Below, piece by piece: positions 9,622-19,681 of a DNA stretch of 64,000 bases. Where the stretch lies: assembly GCA_048976605.1 (NCBI GenBank), contig JBHGUX010000031.1, forward strand, positions 19,029 through 83,028. The letters run 5' to 3'. Every line of letters begins with the position of its first letter. Positions within the stretch are counted from its first letter, which is position 1. The stretch is from Candidatus Pristimantibacillus sp. GTDB taxonomy: Bacteria > Bacillota > Bacilli > Paenibacillales > Paenibacillaceae. Position numbers and translations under genes: made by a program. The notes under the pieces were generated by a model, which worked only from the letters and a program-made list of their open reading frames with translations, searched no databases and was not told the origin of the DNA.

Positions 9622-10131
9622 TTATTCAACTAGATCATCATCAGCAGCTTTTTTACTGATCTGATTTGCAAAATAATGTGTAGATGTCAAAACGATAAGC
9701 AAAAATGGAATATAAATGATCATTGAAACGAAGAAGACAACAATGAAATACTTCACGGATTGCATGTCGTTGTCTGCATAGACAATAGAGCTTCTTATGC
9801 CGAAAAATAAGGCAATCACAATACCGAGAGCTAAACCCCAAATCATATTTTTAGTACTAAATGGAATTTTACTTTTTCGATCATGAACCTCAACTTCGTC
9901 AGAATATAGCCCAAGCATAACGGATCTAATTCCGAAATAAAGTGAAGAAGCTAGCAATATGACAAGTTCTGTGGCGATCATATTTATGTTTTGCCCATAA
10001 TAGATATATTTCACAATTACCGAAACACTACATAATAAGCTTACGATTACATAGGTTTCTTTATAAATCTTATTGCGAGTATTTACAATCCTTTCGTCAA
10101 CTATTTTGTTCTTGAATGGCCACCATTTCAT
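9622..10131 (-). CDS. DUF6773-like membrane protein, usually paired with a small XRE regulator
   Basis: N-terminal IVDERI motif, four TM segments, co-oriented with the XRE gene. Confidence 0.75.
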   Translation of the reverse strand: MKWWPFKNKIVDERIVNTRNKIYKETYVIVSLLCSVSVIVKYIYYGQNINMIATELVILLASSLYFGIRSVMLGLYSDEVEVHDRKSKIPFSTKNMIWGLALGIVIALFFGIRSSIVYADNDMQSVKYFIVVFFVSMIIYIPFLLIVLTSTHYFANQISKKAADDDLVE

Positions 10132-10532
10132 TTGCCATCAACCTCCAAGTTAGTTTTTCTTCTGGTTACTTCTGTAAACAATATATAATACAGATGTCAA
10201 AATGTCAAATATATATTGCATTATAAATGTTATGTACGTCATTATGCGTGCTATACATGCATCACCATTAAACCTCTAGGAAGTGAGAAAATCCCCGCTG
10301 CCAACCGTTAAATTAACGAGAAGCGCGGGGATTTTATTGTGAAGAAGTGAATTGATTAGGAATAGTTATAATGACGATAGGATCAGAACGAATACATCTA
10401 ATACAATCGCACCATCGAAAAGCGACACCTTGATTAAAAAATAATTTCCTAATTATCAAGACCTAAATATTTAAATAATCTCCTTTTCCTGTTCCACTAT
10501 CGTTCCCCGGCAGCTTATTTTTTCGTTCATCC

Positions 10533-11054
10533 TCAGGCATTCGGTTCAAGTAGCTTGTAATAAAGAACCGTCGCATCCAGATTTCCGTTTGCTGATCTCG
10601 CGTAGGACGGGATTGTCCCCGCCTGTTGATATCCTATAGAACGATACAAAAGGTTTGACGAGTCGCCTTCCCGCGTATCCAGTAAGAGCAATGAGCGGCC
10701 TTCGCTCCCCGCTGCCACTTCCGCCTTACTCATAAGTGCACGACCAATTCCCGTTCTTCTGTGTTGTGGCCGCGTCATCAATTTGGCAATTTCCGCACGA
10801 TGTTTGCCGTTCGGCTTATCGCAGAGATGTAGCTGCACAGTACCTACCACGCGTTCATGCTGTACGGCAATCCATAACCTTATGTCCGGATTCAAGAGAT
10901 TATCCCAATAGTCCAGAGCCTCATGATGTAAGAGTGGAGGTAAGAAGCCGATGGAAGCTCCGTCTTCTACAACTTGTACCAGAAGGTCTGCAAGATCCTC
11001 GATATAATCGTCAATAGTGTTCACTTGTTCAATATGCAACAACTTATCATTCAT
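10533..11054 (-). CDS. GNAT acetyltransferase
   Basis: GASIGF, HRAEIAKLMT, RRTGIGRALM, LLDTREGD motifs. Confidence 0.92.
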   Translation of the reverse strand: MNDKLLHIEQVNTIDDYIEDLADLLVQVVEDGASIGFLPPLLHHEALDYWDNLLNPDIRLWIAVQHERVVGTVQLHLCDKPNGKHRAEIAKLMTRPQHRRTGIGRALMSKAEVAAGSEGRSLLLLDTREGDSSNLLYRSIGYQQAGTIPSYARSANGNLDATVLYYKLLEPNA

Positions 11055-11187
11055 TATTTATGACCTCCCATACCTGAGTTTTGCTTGCAATAAATATCTT
11101 GCAAGATAAGTATAGTTTGCCTACAATGATTTGTATAACAAATCTTAAGCATCGCAGTAATAAAAAAAACGAATCGAGGAAACACGA

Positions 11188-12045
11188 ATGGACCTGTCTC
11201 AATTGGAGGCGTTTATTACGGTTTGTCAAACCCTCAACTTCACCACGGCCGCCAAACATATGCACATCTCCCAATCCGCTGTGACGGCCAGAATTCGGGC
11301 GTTGGAACAAGCCGTTGACAAGCGGTTGTTTGATCGTGACAATAGAACCGTCAGACTGACGCGTTCTGGCATTGCTTTTCTACCCTACGCTGAACGTATG
11401 CTCCAGCTCTTCCAGGAGAGCAAACTGTCGCTATCCGAACAATATCGGGAACATCTTGTGGTGAGCGGCCCTGGCTCCGTATGGCACTATCGATACTTGA
11501 ATCGGATTCTCGACTTCAGAAGCAAAAATCCGCATGTCGCTGTCAAATTTTTTAGCTATCTCGACCCGAGTTATATGATACGTGATTTGCTGCTTGACGG
11601 GACTGTCAATCTTGCGATCAAGCTGGACCCGCCCGACCATTCAGGTATTTCGAAAAGGTTGCTTTTCGAAGACGAAATCATTCTTGTATCTGCAGTCCGA
11701 GCGACCGAGTTCCGCCAGCCTGATTTTTCCGAGCCGACCTATTGCCACATCGATTGGGGCAAACCCTTCACGGAATGGTTCGCCTCCCTTGTTAAGCCCG
11801 GATTTATTCCAGCTCTTCAAACCGACCATTCGGCCACTATGCTGACGATGTTGTTGAGCAACTCTGTTTTCGGTTTTTTGCCAAAATCGATTGCCGATCC
11901 GTATCTCCAGTCGAAGAGGCTGTATCGAATCCCGCTGCGTGTCAAATCACCAATTATCAAGGGATACGCCTGTTATTTGACTGAGAAGCGCGAGCAAATC
12001 CACGTTAGAATGGCATTGGAACTGCTCGGGGCTGACGCAAATTGA
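11188..12045 (+). CDS. LysR-family regulator, divergent from the GNAT gene
   Basis: MDLSQLEAF...NFTTAAKHMHISQSAVTARIRALE HTH. Confidence 0.93.
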   Translation: MDLSQLEAFITVCQTLNFTTAAKHMHISQSAVTARIRALEQAVDKRLFDRDNRTVRLTRSGIAFLPYAERMLQLFQESKLSLSEQYREHLVVSGPGSVWHYRYLNRILDFRSKNPHVAVKFFSYLDPSYMIRDLLLDGTVNLAIKLDPPDHSGISKRLLFEDEIILVSAVRATEFRQPDFSEPTYCHIDWGKPFTEWFASLVKPGFIPALQTDHSATMLTMLLSNSVFGFLPKSIADPYLQSKRLYRIPLRVKSPIIKGYACYLTEKREQIHVRMALELLGADAN

Positions 12046-12316
12046 TCTTAACTTGGTACTATCATTTCAATTGTTATTAGATATCTTGTCAGTTAGCTTA
12101 ATCAGTGAGTTAAAATTTATCGTAAACCTGAGCATAAGCTTTTTTTATTTACTCTCACAGCATCTTTTTTTCATTCTCCAATGCCTTGACTTTTCGTTTT
12201 AGGGCTTCTCTCAATTCCATTAATTATAAAAAATATCCTCACTTTTTTTATATGACATAAGGTGACGTATTTGAAGGTCTAGGATGGTGGTAGATCAAAA
12301 GAAGGAGTGATGAATC

Positions 12317-12871
12317 ATGACACGAAGAATAATTTTAGATTTAGCAGTAACTTTGGATGGTTTTATAGAGGGGAATAATGGTGAAGTTGATTGGTGCGTT
12401 ATGGACTCTGAGATGGGGTTCAATGATTTTTTAAATCAAATTGATACCATTCTCTACGGAAGAAAAAGCTATGATTTATGGGGACAATTTACTCCAGAAA
12501 TGGAACATACAGATGCTGAAAAAGAGTTGTGGGACTTGGTTCATAGTAAAAAGAAATATGTGTTTTCCAGGACGCAAAAGGGGACCGATGATAAAGCAAT
12601 ATTCATAAATAATAATATTCTTGAAGAAGTAAATAAATTAAAGAGTGAGCCGGGCAATGACATTTGGTTATATGGCGGAGCAAACCTTATTACAACTTTT
12701 ATCCATTTAGGGCTTGTCGATGAATTCAGATTATCTGTTCATCCTGTTGTGTTGGGAGAAGGGAAACCGCTGTTTGTGGATATAAAGCAGAGATTGAATT
12801 TGAAAATGGTTCAATCAAAAACGTTCTCCTCAGGTGTTGTACAACTCATTTATCATTATGATGGAAACTAA
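12317..12871 (+). CDS. Dihydrofolate reductase family (RibD C-terminal-like) protein
   Basis: LAVTLDGFIEG, ILYGRKSY, DIWLYGGA, VDEFRLSVHPVVLGEGKPLF. Confidence 0.92.
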   Translation: MTRRIILDLAVTLDGFIEGNNGEVDWCVMDSEMGFNDFLNQIDTILYGRKSYDLWGQFTPEMEHTDAEKELWDLVHSKKKYVFSRTQKGTDDKAIFINNNILEEVNKLKSEPGNDIWLYGGANLITTFIHLGLVDEFRLSVHPVVLGEGKPLFVDIKQRLNLKMVQSKTFSSGVVQLIYHYDGN

Positions 12872-12914
12872 ATCCTATTGTTGGATTCTAATGATACAAT
12901 CATTCGTTTTATAT

Positions 12915-12965
12915 AAAAAGCGGTAAATCTAAGACTTTATTTCAGGTCTTCGGATGCCGCTTTTT
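12915..12965. terminator. Stem-loop / terminator-like element
   Basis: AAAAAGCGGTA ... TGCCGCTTTTT inverted repeat. Confidence 0.6.
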
Positions 12966-12966
12966 C

Positions 12967-13242
12967 TTGTTGATCAATTTTGCAGAAAAAAGCAATGGGT
13001 CCACATTTATTCCTCCTGATCGTGTATCCTGGCATCATCTATACGTTTGCACCATTGAGAACGACGAATATAAGCGTCATATCTTTTTTCGAGATTATTT
13101 AAGAAGACATCCTGAAGCCGTAAGAATGTATGGTGACTTGAAATTAGAACTCGCACAACGATTCCAAAATGATCGTACGGCATATACAAATGCTAAGAGC
13201 GATATAGTGAAAGAGATACTACAAAGTGCTGGTTGGAAATGA
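12967..13242 (+). pseudogene. C-terminal half of a GrpB-family protein
   Basis: HHLYVC...RHIFFRDYLRRHPE...YGDLKLELA...YTNAKS; N-terminal half absent and no RBS. Confidence 0.7.
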
Positions 13243-13390
13243 TGTGATTGGCAAAATCATCATACTACATTGTTAAACAAAGACATATTAAAGTTCGATT
13301 TTATGATATATCCGGTAAGTGATTTCTATGTAGAAGTGTTGGTTATTGTTTACAACTTTAACGAATGATTGTTAAAATAATATGTAAATA

Positions 13391-13894
13391 ATGGAGGTGG
13401 AAATCATACGACGTTCGAGTGTAATACTGTTATCCCTATTAACTATGGTCATCGTTATCTATATCGGTTGTCTGGTTTATAATCCACCATTGGATATTGG
13501 ATATTCGGGTTCATCTTCTGAAAAACAAGTTATATTAATGGGAGTAGGTAATAAGAGTCGTCTTGCGGATATTCGGGTTGAAGATGTCTTTGTTAATAAC
13601 AATAGTTTACCTTCTAATGTAAAGATTCAGGTGAGTAATCCCTTAAAGGGTTTTATCATATCGAGCAATTTTGAAGGTGAAGAAGAAAAAAAGTATAATT
13701 TTCAAGATTTAAAATCAGTATCCATTCAAACTAAAACTGAAAGACAAAAACAGTTTGATAAATTAAGTAATGGAACTGCAACAGAAAAGGATACAATTTA
13801 CGCAATTTCAATTGGTCATCATGAAACTATTCAAAAGGTTAGAATTAAGTATCGGTTTCTTGGACTTACATTCAATAAGGTCATCCAGATATAA
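13391..13894 (+). CDS. Hypothetical membrane-anchored or secreted protein
   Basis: N-terminal hydrophobic helix, 167-aa ORF. Confidence 0.6.
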   Translation: MEVEIIRRSSVILLSLLTMVIVIYIGCLVYNPPLDIGYSGSSSEKQVILMGVGNKSRLADIRVEDVFVNNNSLPSNVKIQVSNPLKGFIISSNFEGEEEKKYNFQDLKSVSIQTKTERQKQFDKLSNGTATEKDTIYAISIGHHETIQKVRIKYRFLGLTFNKVIQI

Positions 13895-14144
13895 TGAATT
13901 AAGTATTCCGCTCAATTGATGAGCTAAAGCCTTGGATCAAATGGGTACAGACTCAGCATTCTGCATATCTACTGGATTGACACGCGGTATTGTGTAATAG
14001 AATTGATGGGATTGGTGAGCTTTCTTTTTGAGAGCCGGCAGATTACGAATTAAGAGATAAAGTTTCTCGTAGACTATATAATGAGAACAACCATAAGATT
14101 ATCAGCGTAATAGACGATTTCGTATCTAAGGAGAAGATTAAACA

Positions 14145-14732
14145 ATGAATGAGTTATGGCAAGAAGATATAATCAGATCGGCTGAAGAATTGAAGCAAAT
14201 GATAGGTGAACCTCATGAAGCTGTAGTTAAGAAAACGGTCACCCAGATCGATTCGCATATTGCGAACTTTATCGCCCAATCACCGCTCTTTTTTCTAGCG
14301 ACTGCGGCTGCGAATGGAAGGGCTGATGTATCCCCTCGAGGGGATCATGCCGGGTTCGTTAAAGTGTTGGATAACAAAAGGATCGTATTTGCAGATCGCC
14401 CAGGCAATCGACGTATCGATTCCATGCTGAATATGCTCGAAAATCCACAGGTAGGCATGATTTTCCTTATTCCACCGTTGCAGGAAGTGCTTCGTATTAA
14501 TGGAGTTGCTACACTTACCCGCAATGAAGCATTTATCAATGAGATGCAATTCGAAGGGAAATCAACAGGAATAGCTGTTGTTATTGAAGTACAGGAATGT
14601 TTCATACATTGCCCGAGAGCCTTTAAACAAGCAGGAATATGGGATAATGAAAAGTGGTTATCCAAAGAAGAGCTGCCTGTTGTCGCAGACATGTTTCGCG
14701 CACATTTGGAAATGAATAATTACAAGGGATAG
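14145..14732 (+). CDS. Pyridoxamine 5'-phosphate oxidase-like FMN-binding protein (MSMEG_1061 type)
   Basis: ADVSPRGDHAGFV, DRPGNRRIDS, ECFIHCPRAF. Confidence 0.92.
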   Translation: MNELWQEDIIRSAEELKQMIGEPHEAVVKKTVTQIDSHIANFIAQSPLFFLATAAANGRADVSPRGDHAGFVKVLDNKRIVFADRPGNRRIDSMLNMLENPQVGMIFLIPPLQEVLRINGVATLTRNEAFINEMQFEGKSTGIAVVIEVQECFIHCPRAFKQAGIWDNEKWLSKEELPVVADMFRAHLEMNNYKG

Positions 14733-14833
14733 AAGTTAAAATATGATCCAAATGGGCTCTGCCTTATAGCTACGAATTATTTGGTCCTCTTTGGGACAGC
14801 CCCTCATGGAGAAATGAGAGGACAATTTGTACG

Positions 14834-15010
14834 AGGACTGAGATTCCGCTATTTGTCCGATTTTAGTCATTTGAGTATTTAAGCGGACAGGAGATCCGTT
14901 ATTACCTATTAATCAAGTGAATTCAGGGCTCTGGTGAGGAAATAACGGATTCTCTGTCCGCATGGATCAACATATTGAGCTAATTCCTACAAATAACGGA
15001 TTCTCTGTCC
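14834..15010. repeat. Cluster of four ~21-bp repeats, two direct then two inverted (BIME/REP-like)
   Basis: GGACTGAGATTCCGCTATTT and GCGGACAGGAGATCCGTTATT followed by two copies of AAATAACGGATTCTCTGTCC. Confidence 0.75.
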
Positions 15011-15363
15011 TTAAGGTTGATGAAACGCATAGAAGTGAGTTGAAACGGTAAATCGGTCATTGCTATATCTAGCCTATGGAAGTTATTTGATTTTCGTCCT
15101 ATTTCGTAGGAAAAAGCTTCAAGCAAATGCCTAACTAAACTTTATATTTATTGATATTTATCAAAAGATTCATCAATGACATGAGGGCAATTGCCTTCAT
15201 GTCATTTTTTTATATACATGCACGCACTAGAAACTAATCACAATTGGTTAAACAATAGCGGAATTAGTAAATGTGATACTTGAAACATGCTCTCTATAAT
15301 GAAATTATACATCAATAGAATATCCTCAGATACTGATTAACACCAATAATCAAAAGGAGGAAA

Positions 15364-18300
15364 ATGGTGATGGTAAGCTTGCAGAAGACAAGGTACGGAA
15401 AGACAGCGGTATGCATTTTGTTTGTTACTGTATTATTCCTCACAATACTTGGCAATGGGGTTAATGCTGCAAGTTTCACACAAGCAACAGGCACCTTGAA
15501 AAATCACGTAATCAACAGCAGTTTTGAGGACAGCAGCAACTTAACTACGGATGTGAATAATCGTAATGGCACATGGGTTACTTATCTAAGCTCTGTTGCA
15601 GCAGGAGTAGGTCGCGACGAGAGTAGGGCGGCGGTTGTATCTTCAGTAGGAGCATCACTGGAGCAGGATATAGTAGACTTGAAGCCAAATACGGAGTACG
15701 CCATTAAAGTATGGGCCAAGACTACAGCTCCTACAGCGAAATTCTACATCGGTGTAAAAAACTTTGGTTCAACTCAATCAACTTTATTAGTTGACAGTAC
15801 AGAGTACAAACAATATCAAGTTAAGTTCACGACTGGAGCTAGCAATACGAGTGCTAGAGTATTCTTCTGGAAGGAATCCGGAGGCGGTACGGGATATGTG
15901 GATGATTATGAGGTAAAACAGTCAACCGTACTGGAGAGTGTAATCGTTCGTGAGGAAGGTACGATGGAAATTAGCTTCAATAACATCCCTGCTGCAGTAG
16001 CAGCTGATGCTTTTGCAGCATCCTACACAACTTCACTGGACCCGGATCAAACCAATACGATTACACTTACTAATTTCAACTTCAATGCAGCTACCAGTAA
16101 AGTAACCTATAACTATCCACCGATTGCAGCAGCTCCACTTGCCCAACAGATCACTATGGCGGTTGAGTACAAGCAAGACAGAGGTCAAGTAGAGGTCTTG
16201 TTTGATCTGCCAGCTAATGGCGAGCAAGTCATAGAGCCTGTTGTTGAAGAAATGAGTGTGAGCAACGGTAATATCGAAATCATTTTAGCGGAAAATCCAA
16301 CTTATGCACCTAAATTATCAGATTTCGGAGTTAACTATACCGTAAATAGTGGTGCAGAGTCTTTAGTGCTTCCAATTCAAAGCTTGCAATATTCTGCAGC
16401 AGACAAAAAAGTGGATTTGGCATTTAACGGCTTCTCTAAAGAAGCAGCGCAAAAAACGATTCATATTCAAGTAACACTAAAAGGAGTTGAAACGGCCGGC
16501 GACTTAGTTATCGAGGCTCTAGGTATTGGTATAACCTATTATGTGGATGATGTGAATGGGAATGACTTGAACGATGGAACGTCGCCGGAACATGCATGGC
16601 AATCGATCGAGAAGGTGAACAATACGACGTTCTCCGGTAATGACAAATTGCTATTTAAAGCTGGAGGCAACTGGACTGGGGAGTTGTGGCCAAAAGGTTC
16701 TGGTGTAGAAGGCAAACCGATTATTGTTGATAAGTATGGAGAAGGTCCCAAACCAAGATTTATGGCAGGAGCAGATACGACTATCCCTTACATGACATGG
16801 GTGCAGCGTTCAATTGAGAATGTAAAGGTCAATAATGGGTTAAAGCTGTCCAACCAATCTTATTGGGAAATCAATAATTTAGAGCTATTCGATCCCAGCT
16901 ATGATAGTGTCAGTCCTAATCATACAAATGTCTACCGCCGTGGTGTATTTATTCATGCAGAGGATGTCGGAGAGATTAAACATATTTATTTGAACAATTT
17001 GTATATTCATGGGTTCAGAGGACCTAGCTATAACGAAGGGAAAGTATCTGGAGGCATTATCGCTCATGTATTTACGAGCAAAGATGCTTCTAAACGGAAG
17101 AAAACCTGGTTTGATGATCTAAAGATAACGAATAATAAAATCGAAAAAGTCGGAAGATCAGGTGTTAACTTTCATACGCCATGGACAACAAGGAAAGCAG
17201 AAGATGGAAAATGGGCGAATTTCTCATACGTAGGTGTAGGTGAATGGACTCCTTTCACTAATGTATACATCGGTCATAACATTTTCAAAGAAATTGATGG
17301 AGATGGAACGATTATTGATAATACGTTAGGTGCAGTGTTTGAACATAATCTAGTTGATAAAGCTCTGAATAATTCCGGCTATGCGGCGGGTGTATTCAGC
17401 TGGAACTCAACAGATACCGTTATTCAATTCAATGAATTGAGCAACACTGGACGAGGGAATGATGCTCAAGGGGTAGAAATTGATGCTTTGAATGATAATA
17501 CCATCGTTCAGTACAATTACTCACATGACAATTTCGGTGGGTTTTTGGAATGGTGTACGATCCCTGGTTACCCAAGCTATGACGGTATCTTCAGATACAA
17601 TATTAGTCAGAATGACGGAACGGGTTACGGTGTTATTGCTTTATTCACGAATAATTTCGGAAGCAAAGCGTATAACAATACCATTTATCTTGCACCTGGC
17701 CTAGATCGAACCGTTTTCTCGAGAAAATCAGGCGGGTACAACAACAAAATTCAATTCTTCAATAATATCGTCTATAATGCAGGCGGTCTCAAGGATTCTC
17801 TCTTCCATGAAGATGTTGTTGAATATAGCAACAATATATTCTATGGATTCCCGAGCGCACCACAGGGATCAATTACAGCAGATCCGAAGCTTGTGGCTAT
17901 TGGGACAGGTGGATCCTATAGTGCTGAAGTGGATGTGTTCTCGACGCTTACGGGATACAATTTATTGCCGGATTCACCAGCAATTGATGCAGGTGTGAAC
18001 GTAGAGAATAATGGCGGTAGAGATATTCTGAACAATCCTTTATACAACGGGTTAGCTGATATTGGAGCAGTGGAATATTACGAAGAAGAGGAACAAGAGC
18101 CTGAACCTACTACACTCTTCATCAAAGGACCGACTATAGTGAACGCCAATGAACATTTCCAAGTTAAATTGGGCTTCAAATATTTGGATAAGCCGATACT
18201 CGCCGAACAGATTGTCCTTCAGTATGATCAGAGCAAATTCGATTTTGTTGAAGCCATTTCTCTTGTTGAAGGGGTTCGAATTCTGGACGTCGTGAACGAG

Positions 18301-18699
18301 GCAGGACAAATTAAACTGCTTGTCATTAGCGAAGGCTCTGCACATGCAGTCTCGGATGATAAAGAAATGGTAGAACTTGAATTCACTGCGAAGTCAGGAG
18401 AAGCAAACGCTGCAGGTGTGATAGCTGCTACTGAAGCAGTTGTTGCAGATGCTAACGGTGAGGAGTGGGAGGCAACACTAGCTTCCATTTCGATTTCCAT
18501 TAACTCTGGCACTTCAGGTGATTTGAATAATGATGGTAAAATAAGCATCGGTGATTTGGCAATGATCGCTGCAAATTATGGTAAGAATGAGGAAAGCTCA
18601 GATTGGGCGCAAGTGAACAGATTTGATCTGGATGCCAACGGCAGTATAGATATTAATGATCTTGCAATCGTTGCAAGTAAAATTGTTCTAGAACCATAA
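15364..18699 (+). CDS. Secreted multidomain glycan-active protein: CBM-like, two Ig-like repeats, right-handed beta-helix (GH136-like), cohesin-like and dockerin-like domains
   Basis: Signal peptide; YYVDDVNGNDLNDG...GSGVEGKPIIVDKYGEGPKP beta-helix start; QYNYSHDNFGG; C-terminal GDLNNDGKISIGDL and DLDANGSIDINDL EF-hand pair. Confidence 0.85.
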   Translation: MVMVSLQKTRYGKTAVCILFVTVLFLTILGNGVNAASFTQATGTLKNHVINSSFEDSSNLTTDVNNRNGTWVTYLSSVAAGVGRDESRAAVVSSVGASLEQDIVDLKPNTEYAIKVWAKTTAPTAKFYIGVKNFGSTQSTLLVDSTEYKQYQVKFTTGASNTSARVFFWKESGGGTGYVDDYEVKQSTVLESVIVREEGTMEISFNNIPAAVAADAFAASYTTSLDPDQTNTITLTNFNFNAATSKVTYNYPPIAAAPLAQQITMAVEYKQDRGQVEVLFDLPANGEQVIEPVVEEMSVSNGNIEIILAENPTYAPKLSDFGVNYTVNSGAESLVLPIQSLQYSAADKKVDLAFNGFSKEAAQKTIHIQVTLKGVETAGDLVIEALGIGITYYVDDVNGNDLNDGTSPEHAWQSIEKVNNTTFSGNDKLLFKAGGNWTGELWPKGSGVEGKPIIVDKYGEGPKPRFMAGADTTIPYMTWVQRSIENVKVNNGLKLSNQSYWEINNLELFDPSYDSVSPNHTNVYRRGVFIHAEDVGEIKHIYLNNLYIHGFRGPSYNEGKVSGGIIAHVFTSKDASKRKKTWFDDLKITNNKIEKVGRSGVNFHTPWTTRKAEDGKWANFSYVGVGEWTPFTNVYIGHNIFKEIDGDGTIIDNTLGAVFEHNLVDKALNNSGYAAGVFSWNSTDTVIQFNELSNTGRGNDAQGVEIDALNDNTIVQYNYSHDNFGGFLEWCTIPGYPSYDGIFRYNISQNDGTGYGVIALFTNNFGSKAYNNTIYLAPGLDRTVFSRKSGGYNNKIQFFNNIVYNAGGLKDSLFHEDVVEYSNNIFYGFPSAPQGSITADPKLVAIGTGGSYSAEVDVFSTLTGYNLLPDSPAIDAGVNVENNGGRDILNNPLYNGLADIGAVEYYEEEEQEPEPTTLFIKGPTIVNANEHFQVKLGFKYLDKPILAEQIVLQYDQSKFDFVEAISLVEGVRILDVVNEAGQIKLLVISEGSAHAVSDDKEMVELEFTAKSGEANAAGVIAATEAVVADANGEEWEATLASISISINSGTSGDLNNDGKISIGDLAMIAANYGKNEESSDWAQVNRFDLDANGSIDINDLAIVASKIVLEP

Positions 18700-18775
18700 T
18701 GTTAAAGTCTGCGCATGTGCTTACATGCGTAGACTTATTATCCATGTGATCCGAATTGAACTGGAGGGGATCTTC

Positions 18776-19681
18776 ATGATTAAATTAAATAAAAATAAGT
18801 CAGGATTCGTTCTAATTGCTGCCTCGTTCATGGTTGTCGTATCTATCGTTATCGTATTTATCTTTACAAGTCTTAATGAATCGGAAGCTAATGCTGCAGC
18901 TGAATCATTGAAATTCAAGGTCGAAGAGGAAGAATTCTCATTTTATCTCGATATCGTCGGCAGCTCCGAGGTGAATAGAGAAAGGAATGAAGAGCTAATA
19001 GATAAAACAAAGGAATATACACGGCAAATGTATGCTAGATGGATATTAGCTCATCAATCATCAATCATCGAACCCTTTTCATTTGATCAGTTAAAGCTTC
19101 AACATATCGAGGAAAATAATAAACGAAAAAAAATGAAAGAAGAAGGTCAAGTTTTTTATGGCCCTGAGCAGCTTGAATTAAGAGATTATTATGAATATAA
19201 GATTGATGAAGCAGCCAACGGGACCATTAAAAAAATAGCTGACGAAGCAAATCGCGAGTTAGTTGAGGAAAGCAAACGATATTATAATGAAATTAAGGAA
19301 ATTTATACCGATGAAACAATCGAGTTTGATAGGGTACAAGTATTTGAGGATGGGAAGCTGGGTGAGATAGAAAGGGTTCTCATCAATAATGACAACAAAC
19401 GAATAATGGAAAACTCTGATCCTGAAATGATCCGTTTCCTTGAGAACTTAAAGGAAGGTGAAGAAGCATCCTATGAGAGATATGATAACCATTACTTAAT
19501 CACTATGAGGTCTAAAGAAAGCCATCAGCGTTCATTCGAAGATAATAAATATAATGCGATCAAAAATTATGTAGAAGATATTTATTATGAAGAACGACTG
19601 AGTGAAATTTTTAATAAGCTGGAGATTGAATTTGTCTTAAACGGCAAGTCCATTTCTTACTTGCAAAAAGAAGCTTATTGA
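18776..19681 (+). CDS. Membrane-anchored SurA-N/LnbY-like putative folding partner of the upstream beta-helix enzyme
   Basis: GGAGGG RBS before ATG 18776; N-terminal TM; EENNKRKKMKEEGQVFYGP motif recalled from GH136 accessory proteins. Confidence 0.55.
   Translation: MIKLNKNKSGFVLIAASFMVVVSIVIVFIFTSLNESEANAAAESLKFKVEEEEFSFYLDIVGSSEVNRERNEELIDKTKEYTRQMYARWILAHQSSIIEPFSFDQLKLQHIEENNKRKKMKEEGQVFYGPEQLELRDYYEYKIDEAANGTIKKIADEANRELVEESKRYYNEIKEIYTDETIEFDRVQVFEDGKLGEIERVLINNDNKRIMENSDPEMIRFLENLKEGEEASYERYDNHYLITMRSKESHQRSFEDNKYNAIKNYVEDIYYEERLSEIFNKLEIEFVLNGKSISYLQKEAY

Noticed and set aside
10486-10520. Possible attC-like cassette repeats (GGGAACGATAGTGGAACA here; TAACTGGGCAG near 23850)
   Set aside because: Only weak, dissimilar partial motifs; no integrase and no consistent repeat unit in the window
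13900-14060. Possible decayed coding fragment (VFRSIDELKPWIKWVQ...)
   Set aside because: Short, interrupted by stops and with no recognisable family, so it cannot be supported
18100-18699. Cohesin and dockerin as evidence of a cellulosome
   Set aside because: A single cohesin-like plus dockerin-like tail is common on Paenibacillaceae secreted enzymes; no multi-cohesin scaffoldin is present
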